A stretch of 64,000 nt of DNA from positions 2,108,001 through 2,172,000 of the forward strand of contig JAMWBK010000002.1 in NCBI GenBank assembly GCA_029953675.1. The letters run 5' to 3'. The notes below the pieces were generated by a model. That model was given only the letters and a program-made list of their open reading frames with translations, searched no databases and was not told where the DNA came from. Positions 1 through 12,419 of the stretch are shown here, piece by piece. Positions within the stretch are counted from its first letter, which is position 1. Each line of letters starts with the position of its first letter. The DNA comes from Rhodosorus marinus CCMP1338 (Eukaryota; Plantae; Rhodophyta). The translations under genes were made by a program, and so were the position numbers.

Positions 1-2949
1 GAAAAGGACCAAGAGCAACACGACCACGCAGCCTTTTGCTCTCGCCATCTCGGTCATCGGGTTTCAAGAAAACCAACACACCTCGACCATAGGCCAGCAA
101 AACTAAACACTCAGCCCCAGAAACGAATCTTAAGCAATTCTCAACACTCGCCGCCCTCTCCTAAATTCAAATGTAAGCGTATTTTCATGCACATCCAAAA
201 CAGCAAAGCCAGTAGCCATGTCCCCTGTCCCCAACTAACGCCACAAACACACCCCCGTAGCCCACACCAAAGAAACTCAAAAAAACCCTCCCTTTCAAAC
301 AAAAGAAGAGAACATGCTCTCACACTAAACAGCCTAACACAGCCTTTTCTCTCCCCATCATACCTTCCCCATCCCCAACTCTTCCTACCCACATCCCCAC
401 CTACATCCCCCACCACAGCGAGCGCGACACCCCTTAGCTAGCTTTTTGGGCTCACATCTCTCTCTTTTCACGGCTTGAGCACAAGTATCTAACCGCCCGA
501 AAGTAGCCAATTGTGTCCTTATTTTAGAATATATTTCCAAATCTTGACGTACTGTTAGAGTCTAAATCACTTACGAGATTTTGTTCGCATCTCTACCACT
601 TCAATCGATTACCTCCGAGAGCGGGGGTCGCGAGGGCGTGGTAGTTCCCCGTGGGCCTTGGTGAATTGTGGTTGTTAATCGTGACAGACTGATTGGGATT
701 GCCTTCTTAGTCCTACCCTTGGATCCTCTCATGTTGGCTAGGCGACCGGTGGCTCTGTAGACAGGTTGAGTTTTCGCCTTCCGCTGAATGGCACCTAGTC
801 TCTGTCGATTGTGCAACAATGCTCTATGATTGCGGAGGGACTTGGAGTCCCTCGGTGATGCTAGAATCGTGTGTTTCTTTGAAGGAACAGATCTGCGGGT
901 TGGCGGCGGTACAGGTGAGGTACGCACGAGCCAGGTTCATCTGAATTGTGCGCGCAAACGGGCGCGGTACCGGGCCCTCCAATGACAGTTGCTCTACAAG
1001 AATTTTCCTTGCGCTCCCAGTTTGACTCTAGACTGCATACCTAGGTAGATGCACAGCCCAGTGCACACCATTCGATACCCTTGGCAACTCGGACCTGGCA
1101 CAGCAGCTCAAAGACAGTCCAAAAAAAGGGATGATAGAACGCTGTGCGAATCTATTTCTGGATCCTACCTCCTTAACCTAGACCTCAGCTTCCTATTGGT
1201 CATCCCTCCCTTTGCCAACCAAGAAGGGGGATCAATCATTTTCACCGGACAAGTGACTGTTTCTGTTTTGACAAAAACAGAATCGTGATGCGCAATGGTT
1301 ATTACTCCAATTTCTCCTTGCTCGAACTGTGCCCCAAAAGTTCAGCCTTTTTTTTGGTTGAGGAAATTATTATGATAATACTTGAGTTTTTGTTTTTTTG
1401 TTGTTGCGCGGCTAACTATTGGTGAGAGCTACTTTCTTTTCTTTTGGTATTTTTTTTTAAAGCCTTTCAAAAGGCGTGGAAGGCAATGCGGCCATATCCT
1501 GTCATCATTTTGCTTTCTTTTTTCTTCGAGGACGTCTGCTCAGTATATACGTATATATATATATGAAAAACAAAATAGGGGGTAAAAAAGTTTCCATTGT
1601 GATTGCAATGGTAGTTGGCCCTCGTCGTCACCCCAGAGTTACCTGGTAACTGTTGTTTTCGAAGAAAGTTTTGGACATCAACATCTGATGAGGAAAACTG
1701 ACTCAAGTCCTGTTCTCTTGCGTGTTTTGCGCATCAGAAGGCCTTGGGTTTGACCACCACTTCGCTCCGGCGAGTTGACCGTCCTTAATTTGAGAGAACG
1801 ACCAAATTTCTTTGGAGAAGGGTTTTCGTTTAGCTTTAGGTGACCCTCCCTCGCTCCCAAAATACTGAAGAGTAGCGAGAAGCGTATGCTGCTTCTCTAT
1901 GTCAATTGAAATTCTTTAGAAGTTTCGGAGAGCCCTCTATACGCTTTTCTAAGGAGAATATCTCAAAGCCGTAAACTTTATGGAAATTCAATTGGAATCA
2001 AGGGAATCGATTGTCGAATGCTACAACCAAGGCCTGTGGGTCACAGGGAACTTGGGTTGTTTTTTTTTTCACTCGCATGCAACCGACCGACACATACAAA
2101 ACCGAGCTGAGGAGCGCCATACTGTAGGTAGATAGGTTTCGCCTCATAACATGGATAGAACAAAAATATTAGTATTTTTTGGTATTGAATAAGCGAAGAA
2201 AATTCGCCGGAGTTTGTCCGAAAATCTCTGAAAACAGTTGTCCTATAAATTAGTCACAATTAGGCAAGTTTTTCAAATACGTAGAGTGCAAACGCCATCC
2301 GTGGGTTGCGTCCCTCGTTTATTCAATATCGGGTGAATTTTTTTTATCGCACGTTTTATGACAAACCACCCAACCAGCTTTTATTACGAGGCGGCTTGAA
2401 CGAACAGAATCCCTCAGGTGTAGTTTCTCTGAAATAAATACCCTTATTTCAGCTAGCCTTCTGCAGATTTTTCCTTCACCTTTGAAGTGGTGAATGAATG
2501 ATTTGCTAATTTGGAAGCTGATGTCCAAGTCAATTTTTTTATTTACTCAAAGTGTTCGAAGTTTTTCAATTATAGGCTTCCACCAAAGACTCATGTTCTC
2601 GCGAAAAAGCCCTTCTTCCTTCGAACGGGGTTGCAGTTTTCAAGGAACCAGAGAGCTACTCTGGGGTTCAAACGCTAGTTTATTGTTGTACGTGGCGTCA
2701 TCAAGACAAGACAAATGCACTCAGCGCAGCGCGCCTCGGACTCTAACAGTTTCCCTCTTCTCAGAATAGTTTGGCTCTGAACCGTAAAACGATGTGGTAA
2801 CGTACACCAATTTGTGCCCAGACTCTGAACATAGGGCTGAGGGTAGGAGGAGCATCCCTATTGGCAGAGAGTTGCTCTTTCAGGAATCCTCGTCGTACCA
2901 GTATCCATACACATATTTAATTTCATGAGCGGGGGCTCCAGGCTACGAG

Positions 2950-3126
2950 AACTGGTCAACGGTTAACCAAGTCGCAGGCGCTTGTAACTGGTGAATGATT
3001 AATCAACTCGCAGGGGGTCATAACTGGTGAATGATTAATCAAGTCGCAGGCGGTTATGAATGATTAATCAAGTCCCAGACGGTTATAAACTGGTCAATGA
3101 TTAATCAAGTCGCTACGCCGGTTATA
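2950..3126. repeat. Tandem repeat, ~36-bp unit x ~5 (consensus AACTGGTGAATGATTAATCAAGTCGCAGGCGGTTAT)
   Basis: Units read directly at ~2950, 2987, 3022, 3058 (truncated) and 3088; four contain the palindrome TGATTAATCA. Confidence 0.85.
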
Positions 3127-4424
3127 TACCAGGACCCTAGAATGGATAGAAAATACGAAGGTTGCTGCCATAAACCTCCAGAAGCTATCGGTGCAAACAT
3201 GACAGCAAAAAGGCTTTTCGTCTTCCTTCAATTCATAGCCGAACTACCTTTGGGTCCGCATTGTCGACGAGATAGCGCTTGCCTATACATACCCCCTGAT
3301 ACGAATTCGACGCAGGGGAACTGAATTTCCGAAATTTTGCTTATTGGTGTTATGGTTTTTTTAGGGGGACGTTCTTTTTCTATACTCTGTGACCCCTGGC
3401 CGTAGACTTGTCAGCAAAAGTTTCTACCCAGAAGCTGAAGAAGGAATTCAACAAAACATAAATGAATATATATGTTTTTTAGGACAAACGCGGCGGCACT
3501 TTTCGCTTCGGAAGAAGAAAGAATAGCGGGGCAAATGACAGCCCGCCTACTACATAAGTTGGCCATCAACATTCAATTTCCGTCGCCAGCTTCAAGCGGC
3601 CAGAATTTATTCACTTATCAAGTGCGGCCAGCGGTTCCCCCCTTTTTTTTGGCCGATCCGCCCAAAGCCGTACCCCACCTCCAACGTCAAGCAATATATG
3701 TGAAATTGAATATGAATAGAATTTACGGGGCAATAGATTGACTACGTCAGTACATCCAATTCTCAGTGAGAATTGTGGCCCGAGGCAAGAAGATGCTCCA
3801 CATCTTCGAGCCTCCGCGCTCATGGTCGATTTCAGTTTTGGCGAATAAAACTAGAAATGAGCGCGGTAGCCTTTTCGGGTGGACCTTCCATGTGGTGTTT
3901 TTTCATCGAGAACATGGGACCTCGATCCTTTTGATTGACTGTTTAAAAAAAACAGGCTCGAGGGCGGGGTGGCGGGTAGGGGGCTAGTATTCCGCGTGGT
4001 ACTCAACGCAAGGATGGATAGTACTCGACAGAATCCTCCTCAGTTTGTTCTCTGAGCTATTACCAAGCGGGCCCAAAATTCGGGCGTGTGGTAGAAAAAA
4101 GGCTTAAGGGAACTCCCACCTTTCATATACTCATAACAAGTTCAAAATGTTCTTCGAATCTCTAACGGGATTCTTGTTCCGCAACTCTATCGCGAGCAGG
4201 ACCCTAGAACCGGTCACACTCTTGGGTCAGGTACCTGACCCTCCTCCCTGTGCGGCAGGGACTTTTTGGATCAGAGGCTTTGTGGTATATGAGCACATTG
4301 GGGGGGGGGTTATCTTAGTCAAGTCCAGGTAAATCTGCTCTTGCTTCCTTTTCCATGACTAATTACTATTGATAGAGGCGTGACTTAAAGGAACCCTAGT
4401 CGTGCACTGAGACTACTTAAGGTT

Positions 4425-5075
4425 GTCATCTCCGTCCGGTTAAAAAACGGACAGTCCGATATCGGACAGTCCGATATCGGACAGTCCAATAAACGTTTAC
4501 CTGACCTGTATTCAGTAATAAAAGATTTATTATCTGTGTACCCCCGTCCGGTATGAGTTTATCGGACATGAATAAAAATATAATAATAATCTTCGTCCGA
4601 TAGATGGTCAGATAACGACCGATTGCGTCGGACATTTTTCAATGATTTTTCATCTTTTCCGGTTCATAGTCGTTTGCCCGACATGACAAAGGTTTGATTT
4701 TTAAATGAATACGTGCGGAGACCCTTTCGTTTGGATCACAGCGATGGTTTTTGCTCGCTCAACCAATACCAGGACAGCCTGTTGACTTCAAAAGTTATCA
4801 TGATTCATTGCATGATAACTTCAGCTTTTCATTCCGAGAAGTAATCATGATTCATGATATGCGAGTGAGAGCTTGACAGACCAAGAAGTAATCATTGATT
4901 CAATGCCTGGACCGGAGATGATTGATTACTAGACTAACGTTGATTGACAATAGGACCTTTTTTCGAATTATTTCAAACGGGTACCCCTTACATTTATACT
5001 GATTTTCAATAGTCTATCTGCTTTGAAAATTTAGCGCGGAACCTTAAACGTTATCGGACGGTCCATGACAATACG
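4425..5075. mobile_element. Possible non-autonomous DNA transposon (MITE-like) remnant
   Basis: AT-rich and non-coding, with dispersed TCGGAC/GTCCGA motifs and degenerate inverted ends (TTGTCAT..CCGTCCG at left; CGGACGG..ATGACAA at right). No TSD identified. Confidence 0.35.
4448..4487. repeat. 15-bp tandem repeat CGGACAGTCCGATAT x 2.7
   Basis: Units at 4448, 4463 and 4478 (partial). Confidence 0.9.
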
Positions 5076-5692
5076 TCACTAGGTCATTAACTTACTCTCA
5101 TTTAGTCTAAAGTTTGTTGAACAACTACATCTAAAAGTACGACACGTTTGAAATGAGGACAAAATATTGACATGTCATTTCCTTCTGAGACCGTCTTGGG
5201 GCTAGTAACCACGCTTATTTTTATTTTTATTTTCTTGCCTAGAATTTCCGCAACCCCCGCGCCCAAAGGTCACCCCCCTGGTCTCAGCCGCGGGTTGTTG
5301 CTCAATTCTGGGGTTATCCTGTTCAAGCATTCTACGTGAAGCTGAATTACTAGAATACCAACCGCTGGAACTTCGTAGCTAAGTACTGAACGCGACCGAC
5401 CCAATTGGGTGGTGATTTGAACACTCACATCCTACCACAGCCAAGGGATTTGATTGTTCGTGCGGAATGGCGTCCCAATCACGATTGCACATCATCGGCC
5501 CTTTGAGTTTGCATTCTCAGCAAAGCATATATATCTCTCGCCTACGATGCAAAGGATATTGACTGACTTCAATCAGAGACTGGCTTTATTTAGCATCTAA
5601 GACTAGCACCATGCTATGTTAACGGGAGACACTAGCGACCACGTAAGACTGCACTCCTAGAGTAGGGGGTCGCTACTACGCCACAGAGCGAT

Positions 5693-6019
5693 TGTGGCTC
5701 CCTTTTCCTCCTTATAGGACACCCACAAGCGCAAAGTCAACCGATGCGGCGCCACCGTCGCAGACCCAGAGGACTTCATCCCGATCGCCCACGAAACATA
5801 CGGACGACTTGCAGTACGCAGAATTGCGGACCTTCGCCGCTCCTTCCGGTACCTGGTTTTCGAGCGAAGGTATTCAGCAAAGTTTGGGCAGCGATGAAAC
5901 CCGCGATGAACAGCGCGCTTTGGAGAGCCAACTCTTGGGATGGGACGTCGTAGTTACGACATTGCTAGAGTGTCTAGTAGTTAAAGTCGTCAGTGTTTAC
6001 GGATGAGTTCGTAGTCACA
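5693..6019 (-). mobile_element. LTR-like segment (probably Gypsy)
   Basis: TGTGGCT...AGTCACA ends (TG..CA, 6/7 inverted match). A polypurine tract (GGGGAAAGGGGAG on -) lies ~9 bp outside. A related sequence lies at 29430-29590. Confidence 0.45.
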
Positions 6020-6364
6020 CACCTTTGACTCCCCTTTCCCCTTCATAGGACATCCACCTGGGGTTGTTGGTATTCCAGTAAACGACAGCACCAAGTGTCA
6101 AAGTGGTTGAATGCGTTGAAGCACAGCTTCTTGGGACGCGCCCAGGGACGCTGGAATGGAGTGCACAAGTTGCTCACATGGGGAAGGAACGTGGCTGCCT
6201 AATTGTACAGATTTCGCGCTTACTTTTTCCAATTGGACAATCTGTCCACTTTTACTTCAACTAAGCCAAACAGCTAAGCCTGCTAGACAAGGCTTTATAT
6301 CTGTTTAGTGCCACTTGCGAAAGACGTTGGATAGGTAATAATCTACGAATACGACTAGGTACTA

Positions 6365-6645
6365 CTGTTTAGACCCCTTCTTGGCCTGTTCAGCCGTTCG
6401 AGGCTCTTTTCTTGACTTCGTCGAATGTCCGCAACTCTTTTTGTTCCCTTCAAGAGCCAGTGTGCAAGGCTTCTGACCTAGGAGGCCCCCTGAACGTTCT
6501 CCCCTCACAGCATCCCCGCGGGAACGTAGCTTCCGACTTTGCGGACTCGCTACACTTTCACATCGAGAAAATTCACAGAAGCCGAAACTACATATACGGC
6601 GAGTGAAAAGAGTGATTGGGTGTGGTATTCGCACTGCAGAAGTTT
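6365..6645 (+). mobile_element. Degenerate Gypsy RNase H fragment
   Basis: + strand reads SRKFTEAETTYTASEK..(G)VVFALQK with frameshifts, matching Ty3/Gypsy RNase H. Confidence 0.6.
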
Positions 6646-7357
6646 AGTTTCGGCTTCCGTGAAGTTCCGCGATGTGAAAGAAATGGGTCGAAGGTGACCG
6701 TCCGCAGTCTTCTGCAGTAACGCTGCACCTACTCCTACATCACTCGCGTCGGATACTATCACCTTGTCTTTGCCTGGTGCCACCGATGCAACACCGACGG
6801 ATTCGGCAGTTCAGACCGTGAGCTGACAAACGCGTCCTTCTGCGGCTGCGTCCACTTTTTGCTAAAATGTTTCGATGACAATCTTCAGCTGTTTACTCCG
6901 CTTCTTCTTATCCTCGAACTTCAGCCCAATACCTCGTAGAGGGGTTGTATCGTCCTAGACAAATCAGATAGCAAACGTTCGAAGAATCGATACGTGCCAA
7001 TAAACCGAAGCAAGGATGCGCCAGCATGGGGCTCCGGGAACTCACGTATTGCTATCGGGTGTCCTCCATTCGGCCTAACTCCCTCCGCGCCCACCTGACG
7101 TCCCAGGACCTCGACATGTCCTTCTCCAACTGAATTTCGAGAAGTGCAATCTGCACTTCTCGAAATTCAGTCGAACACCTAGGGCCTTCAATCTTGAGAG
7201 CACCTCTCTCAGGTCATGCAGGTGTCCCTCCGCACCTTCTGACCCCGCGTCGAGATCGTCAACATATGAGAAATGCAGAAGCACCGTTCAGATCTCCTAG
7301 GGTTGCGTTGAAAACCCGCTGAAAAGTTTCCCCCGAATTTCGCAACCCTTTCGGCAT
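6645..7357 (-). mobile_element. Degenerate Ty3/Gypsy pol fragment (RT-RNase H)
   Basis: MPKGLRNSGETFQR, YVDD..HLHDLREVLSRLKALGVRLNFEKC, SDASDVGVGAALLQ..RPISFTSRNFTEAE; frameshifted. Confidence 0.9.
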
Positions 7358-7361
7358 TCAA

Positions 7362-7731
7362 CATCATCATCCGTTTATTCAGAGCCGAACTACCCTGAGA
7401 AGCGAGAAACAAGACGCTGATGACGCGCGTCCAACAATAAAGCAGCGTTGGAACGCCAGAGGGTCAGGGACAGCTCCGTGGGGAGGCTCTCAAGACGACC
7501 TGGGTTGTTCCGAAAGAGCGCACGAAGCCAACGAGCTCCTACACTATCAACTATACCAAAGCACTCAATGATGAGTGGAACAAACAGATAGGACAATGCC
7601 GAATCGCGAAGCGTAGAGCCTAACATAGCCGGGGCGTACTGGGATTCCTTCAGTTGCCGCATTGACCGAGCATTCGCGTATAACAAGTCTTGGTTACCGG
7701 CAACTATGGCGAGGTAACGCAGAGATAGCAT
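7362..7731 (-). mobile_element. 5'-truncated CRE-like non-LTR retrotransposon, subfamily B 3' fragment (RLE C-terminus, (ATG)3 tail)
   Basis: LKESQY..FVPLIIECFG..RFSG* followed by TTCGGCTCTGAATAAACGG(ATG)3; the tail abuts the Gypsy RT. Confidence 0.85.
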
Positions 7732-7799
7732 TAGGCGCTTTGCGCGTGGACCAGCTGGAGAATCCGCTGGTGCCTGTTTTTTCTTTTGAATGTAGCATG

Positions 7800-7910
7800 A
7801 GACCCCGGTAGCGGGGTTCCAGTAAGTTTCTCCCTAGATAGGATTAGACGCAGTGTTGCGCTGCAGTAGGCAGCTGCCCAGCAAAGCTTACGGTTACTTA
7901 GACCACATAT
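7800..7910 (-). pseudogene. Fragment of a ZIP-paralog 3' end plus 3' flank
   Basis: Reads VTVSFAGQLPTAAQH; similar over ~75 bp to 41941-42015 and to 43790-43890. Confidence 0.55.
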
Positions 7911-7985
7911 CCTAGTCGTCGGACCGTGGTCGATGTGCAGCTTGACCAGACCATTTCCTAACGGGAACTTCATGTAGTTGACCGT

Positions 7986-8165
7986 CCGTTTATTCAGAAC
8001 CTAAATAATCAGACAGGCGAGAAACAAGACGCTGATGACGCACGTCCAACAATAAAGCAGCGTTTGAACGCCAGAGGGTTAAAGACATCTCCGTGAGGAG
8101 GCTTTAAGACGCCCTGGGTTGTTCCAAAGAGCGCACGAAACTAACGAGAACCTACCTTGGAACCC
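7986..8165 (-). mobile_element. CRE-like subfamily B 3' fragment (degenerate)
   Basis: CCGTTTATTCAG terminus followed by sequence homologous to 7390-7540. Confidence 0.75.
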
Positions 8166-8329
8166 TGCACTATCAACTAAACCACAGCACTAGATGATGA
8201 GCGGAGCAAACCGGTAGGACAACGCAGTTTGTGTAGGTCATTGTCCTCACACCCCAAGCTCTCGCCCCTCTGTGCATGTGGTTTCTGAGCTCTTCTTAAA
8301 TCATTTAGTTTATACCGTTTAAACCTTTT

Positions 8330-8410
8330 ACACTGTTTTTTACACTTTTTACACTTTGTTTACAATTTTTAACACTTTTCACACTTTGTTTACAATTTTT
8401 AACACTTTTT
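8330..8410. repeat. T/AC-rich tandem/low-complexity repeat (TTTTACAC core; ~32-bp higher-order unit x2)
   Basis: ACACTTTGTTTACAATTTTTAACACTTTT occurs twice. Confidence 0.8.
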
Positions 8411-8459
8411 GCTCGCGTAATTTTTTATTTGGTACCCCTCTAGTGTAGCCCCCCTTGAC

Positions 8460-8912
8460 CCAGAGCCTATGCAACTTAAAGAGCGTAAAGGGAGACGCTA
8501 CGCGTCTACCAACAAAGCAGCGAGCGAACGCCAGAGAATAAGAGACAGCTCCGTGAGGAGGCTATCAAGACGGCCGGGGGGATTGCTAAAATCACGACGA
8601 AGCCACCGAGAAGCGACAATGTTCAAGACCAAAGCACTCGATGATTAGCGGTACAAACCGATGAGACAGCACCAAGTCCACTGGATGATTCATCGCCTCA
8701 GCGTACTGATACTCCTTCAGTCGTCGCATTGAACCAGCGGCAGCACCACGAGGTTGCGCAGACGTGGGGAGATATCGCGCAGCTTGAGGACAAGGAATAG
8801 ACAAGTCAAGATAGTACCTCCGGGGAGCAGGCAGGTTAGTGACCATCAAATTCGCCACACGCCGGACAAAAGGTGTCTCATCAGCAGCCTCAAGCGGCCG
8901 AGCAACAGACAA
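8460..8912 (-). mobile_element. Divergent CRE-like RLE fragment (subfamily C)
   Basis: VANLMVTNL..YYLDLSIPCPQAARYLP..LKEYQY..FVPLIIECFG; its 3' end differs from A/B. Confidence 0.8.
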
Positions 8913-8959
8913 AGGGACCTCGTAGTCTGATGACGAGACATCTATTGTCCAGCGCGAGA

Positions 8960-9330
8960 GATCTGTTGGTAAACGTACAATTAGGCATCCACGCTTCTGC
9001 GTGTGAGCAGATCATCGCACTAATCAAGCGTCCCTTGATGATGGCCAGGTTATCTTCTATTTTTGTACCTTAGTTCGTCCAAGGAAACCGCGCTTCTACG
9101 CCTGGATCTGAACAACGCATTCAACCGCGTTGACGATCGGGACCTTGCTAAAAAGGTTGTACGCTGTTTTCCAGAACTCCTGCCCTACCATCGGCTGATG
9201 TACCCTCCCTCCGTCGCCAACCAACCATTTGTGACGGGCGAAAGGAAGGATCCAACAGCTGCCTTACAATGCGCCAAGGAGCACAACAAGCAGACCCGCT
9301 TGGTCCGATCCTATACCTGCACTGGCTCTA
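8960..9330 (+). mobile_element. Degenerate CRE-like reverse transcriptase fragment
   Basis: VQLGIHASACEQII..LRLDLNNAFNRV..FPELLPY (QxGxG..CE and DxxNAFN motifs). Confidence 0.75.
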
Positions 9331-9755
9331 TTTCCCGTTCTTCATCACCTGCGTAGGCAGTCCTGCGTCTCAGCCAGCTAGGCTTTGACTGAAGGACGTG
9401 CAGTTGATTCCCCTCCTACAAAGGCTGCGCATACAAGCTACTGCCTACGTAAGCTTGATATGGCGGGAGGTGAAGCTTACCCTTCAGCTTGGGTCTTCGC
9501 TACCCGCGCTTTTCCGGGTGAGCCCGTGGATTCCACTATATCCATGCGGATAAACTCATGATCCCTGCGATGGGCGCCACTCGCCGTGCAGAACCCGAAG
9601 TCTTACGACTCGGAACAATACGAAGGACGTAATACGAGCGGGAGCTCTTCGGAAGTTCACTCAATGAGATCCAGGAATTACTCATCGACAAATTCTCGGG
9701 CAGCATCAGAACACATACGCCTTGTGACGGACTCTTGTTAGAAGAATCAGCTTTA

Positions 9756-11412
9756 TTACTCGTTCAGGAGCATATCGTCCACAGTAAAGTCGAAGTCAGC
9801 ACTGCCTTTTCCGCTGTCTTGAAACTCTTTGAAGCCCTCCTCAATAGCGGCCTCGAGTCCATGCGTGTTTTCCCATCCGAGGAGAGACATGGCCTTCCCA
9901 GGGTTGGCGAAAAAGTGTTGGTTTCTGAACGGGAAGAATTTCTTGAGCTTTCGGTTTTTAAAACCAGGTTGAAGTTGAAAGAAAAACAGGAAATCGAGAA
10001 AGGTTTTGCATGAGCTGCTGAAAGGGTATGTCAAGGCTTGGGAATAGAAACTTGTCCTATGTGCACAATCAGACATCACGGATTTCTTCCCTACCTCTAC
10101 AGTGAGTTTTTCTGGCTCGAAGTTAACAATCTCAGCCTCCATGCCAGTCGCCTTCGCACACAGCTTGGCAACCCCTGAGTGAGTCACATATCTAAGAGGG
10201 CGCAGAATCTCGAATTAGAACGTTCCCACAGCATCATCCTTTTGCCAGCATCCCCATTTGCAAGAAGGTCAGTCTAATAGACAGTTCGACAAACGTACCT
10301 GGGAGACACAACATTGAAAATCTCCTTCGAAGCATTCTCGTTTCCAACGGCATCCACTAGCATGGAAGCAACGTCTCCGACATGCGTGACTGAGGTCATC
10401 TGATCGCCTAGGTTTGCAAGCGGATCTGCAAATTTCAATATGTCTGCGATGGAGTGCAAGCTGATTCTATTGGGAACTCACCACTACCCGGGAGCAGCAC
10501 TGGCCGCTTCCTCACAATTCTGTGGAAGAAGTAGTCCAAGTAGTCTGATTTTGCAGCCTTGGGCCCGACAATATAGATTGGCCTGAAGGAGCTGTAGTTC
10601 AAACCGGAAGATTCCAGCAGCTTCTCAACAGCAACTTGACCTGCCTTCTCGTTAACGGGATCCCCAACTTGCAGCGGAACCTCATCGCTCTTCTTGTAAA
10701 TGCCGCAGCTGCTCACGTATAAGAATTGCTCGACTCCAGTTCCTGTCCAAGGAGAGACGAGAACGAACTCTCAGAAAGACCGGGGTCTACAAATGAGGAC
10801 CATAAATACAAACAAGAATCAGGTCATGAAAGGGGATCCCTAAAAGGATCTTACCAGTCGCATGCTTTACCATCGGTGTGATCTCCTCAGCGGATTTGGA
10901 GAAATTCTCAATGATGACTGAGAATTTTTTAGCGAAAGCCTTTTCGATGTCTGCGCCGACATCTTCGCTTGTCGGATCTCCGTAGGCAACGGACACTCCC
11001 TTTGCGGTCAGATCTCCATAGGAAGCGCAGGGGTTCTTTTTGGTAGCTTTCTCCTCCTCGCCGGCGTTGTAGATTGAGACCTCATGCCCTTTTGCTACAA
11101 GTTGATCCGCGAGATGGTAGCCAATGAACGCGTGACCGCCTGAGGGAGCGTTTACAATCAACACATCGGCCATGTTCCATCTCGCCGTCAGACCGCGTAC
11201 CTTGTCAGCCGAAACCCTGGCACCCACAAATTGGCTCTAAAACAAGAAACATTCAAACTCCAATGAAGTCAGCTTCACCAGAGCAGACACACGCGCTTGC
11301 CCGCATCGAAAGCGCATCCAGCAAATCCTTTTTCAACTGGCCCATTGCTCACCTTCGCTGGTCCACCAACGGATTTCCCCAAACCCAAACCGACACCCGT
11401 AACAAAGGCCAT
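9756..11412 (-). CDS. CSP41a: Chloroplast stem-loop-binding protein of 41 kDa a (extended SDR/NAD-dependent epimerase fold), multi-exon
   Basis: MAFV transit peptide (ATG at 11412); VLIVNAPSGGHAFIG, SFRPIYIVG, FFHRIVRKRPVLLPGSG, FPFRNQHFFANP and LLGW match the CSP41a family. Exact splice sites are inferred. Confidence 0.9.
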
Positions 11413-12419
11413 CACGAAAACAGAAACAACCACAGCCCACAGCTCATTCAAACACAAAGAACCTTCAGCTCTCTCCACAACCCCCTTTTGATCTACAAAC
11501 AGCCTTCCCCCGAATCCAATCCTCACTGGATATCTCTACAAGACTCTACCAACCTCCCTCCACAGACCTGCACCAGATCGTATCCATTCCTCCCAGGAAC
11601 AAACCAAACCTCCCCCCTCCCTCCCCCCGCAAGGAAAAAATCACCAAAAATACTTTCAATCGTCTTTTTTTCCCTTTTCACACAATTCCAGATCAATTTC
11701 AATATACACCATGGGGCAACAATATTAAATCAGTGAGAATCTACATGTTTGCTTCACCCCCCCTAGGAGGTAGTTGGAGAAAACTGCTACTCCCGATCAT
11801 TCATTCGCTTCGATAGAAACTCGATAGGAGCCCCCCGACAGATTGTATCTTAAAAAGAATTCAGTAGCTCAATATTTAGTAATTTTGAATCAGTGAATTC
11901 TTTGAGATTGGAGTTTGTTTTTAAAAAACATTTTTGGGGTAGTGTGGTTTGGAGGAACTGCCAAGCAAGGTGGATGTCCTTGGGACAGTGAAAGGGGAAG
12001 GAGGCTCTAAGCAGCACCAGCTGCGCGACTATGAACCGTACGTCTACAAGGCTATGTTATGGTCTGTCTACTGGCGATTTTTTTGGACTTTAGAGCGCCC
12101 CTTCAAGTCCGCATTTTCAAGGTGACGAAACCGCTCCACTTAGAAAAGTTCGAGTCTAAGGACTGAATAAACGGATCGTTATCATGGACTCTAGATCCGT
12201 TTATTCAGAGCCTAACTACCCTGAGAAGCGAGAGACAAGACGCTCATGACGCCTGCGAGGTATCTTTCGCAACGACCCAGGGCGTCTAGATAATCTGCTC
12301 ACGGAGCTTTCTTTGACTCTGTGGCGCTCAAATGCTGCGGTGTATGTAGGGGCGCGTCATAAGCATCTTGTCTCTCGCTTCTCAGGGTAGTTGTTAGGCT
12401 CTGAATAAACGGATCGTTA

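Noticed and set aside
141-441. ORFs 141-416 (-) and 187-441 (+)
   Set aside because: Compositionally skewed (C/A-rich on +), like the non-coding leaders at 11520-11700 and 56380-56760; probably the 5' region of a gene outside the window.
601-1310. Possible retrotransposon integrase/chromodomain remnant
   Set aside because: No diagnostic motif could be read in any frame.
2823-3138. hAT-type TAGGG..CCCTA ends around the 36-bp repeat
   Set aside because: The match is only 5 bp and there is no 8-bp TSD.
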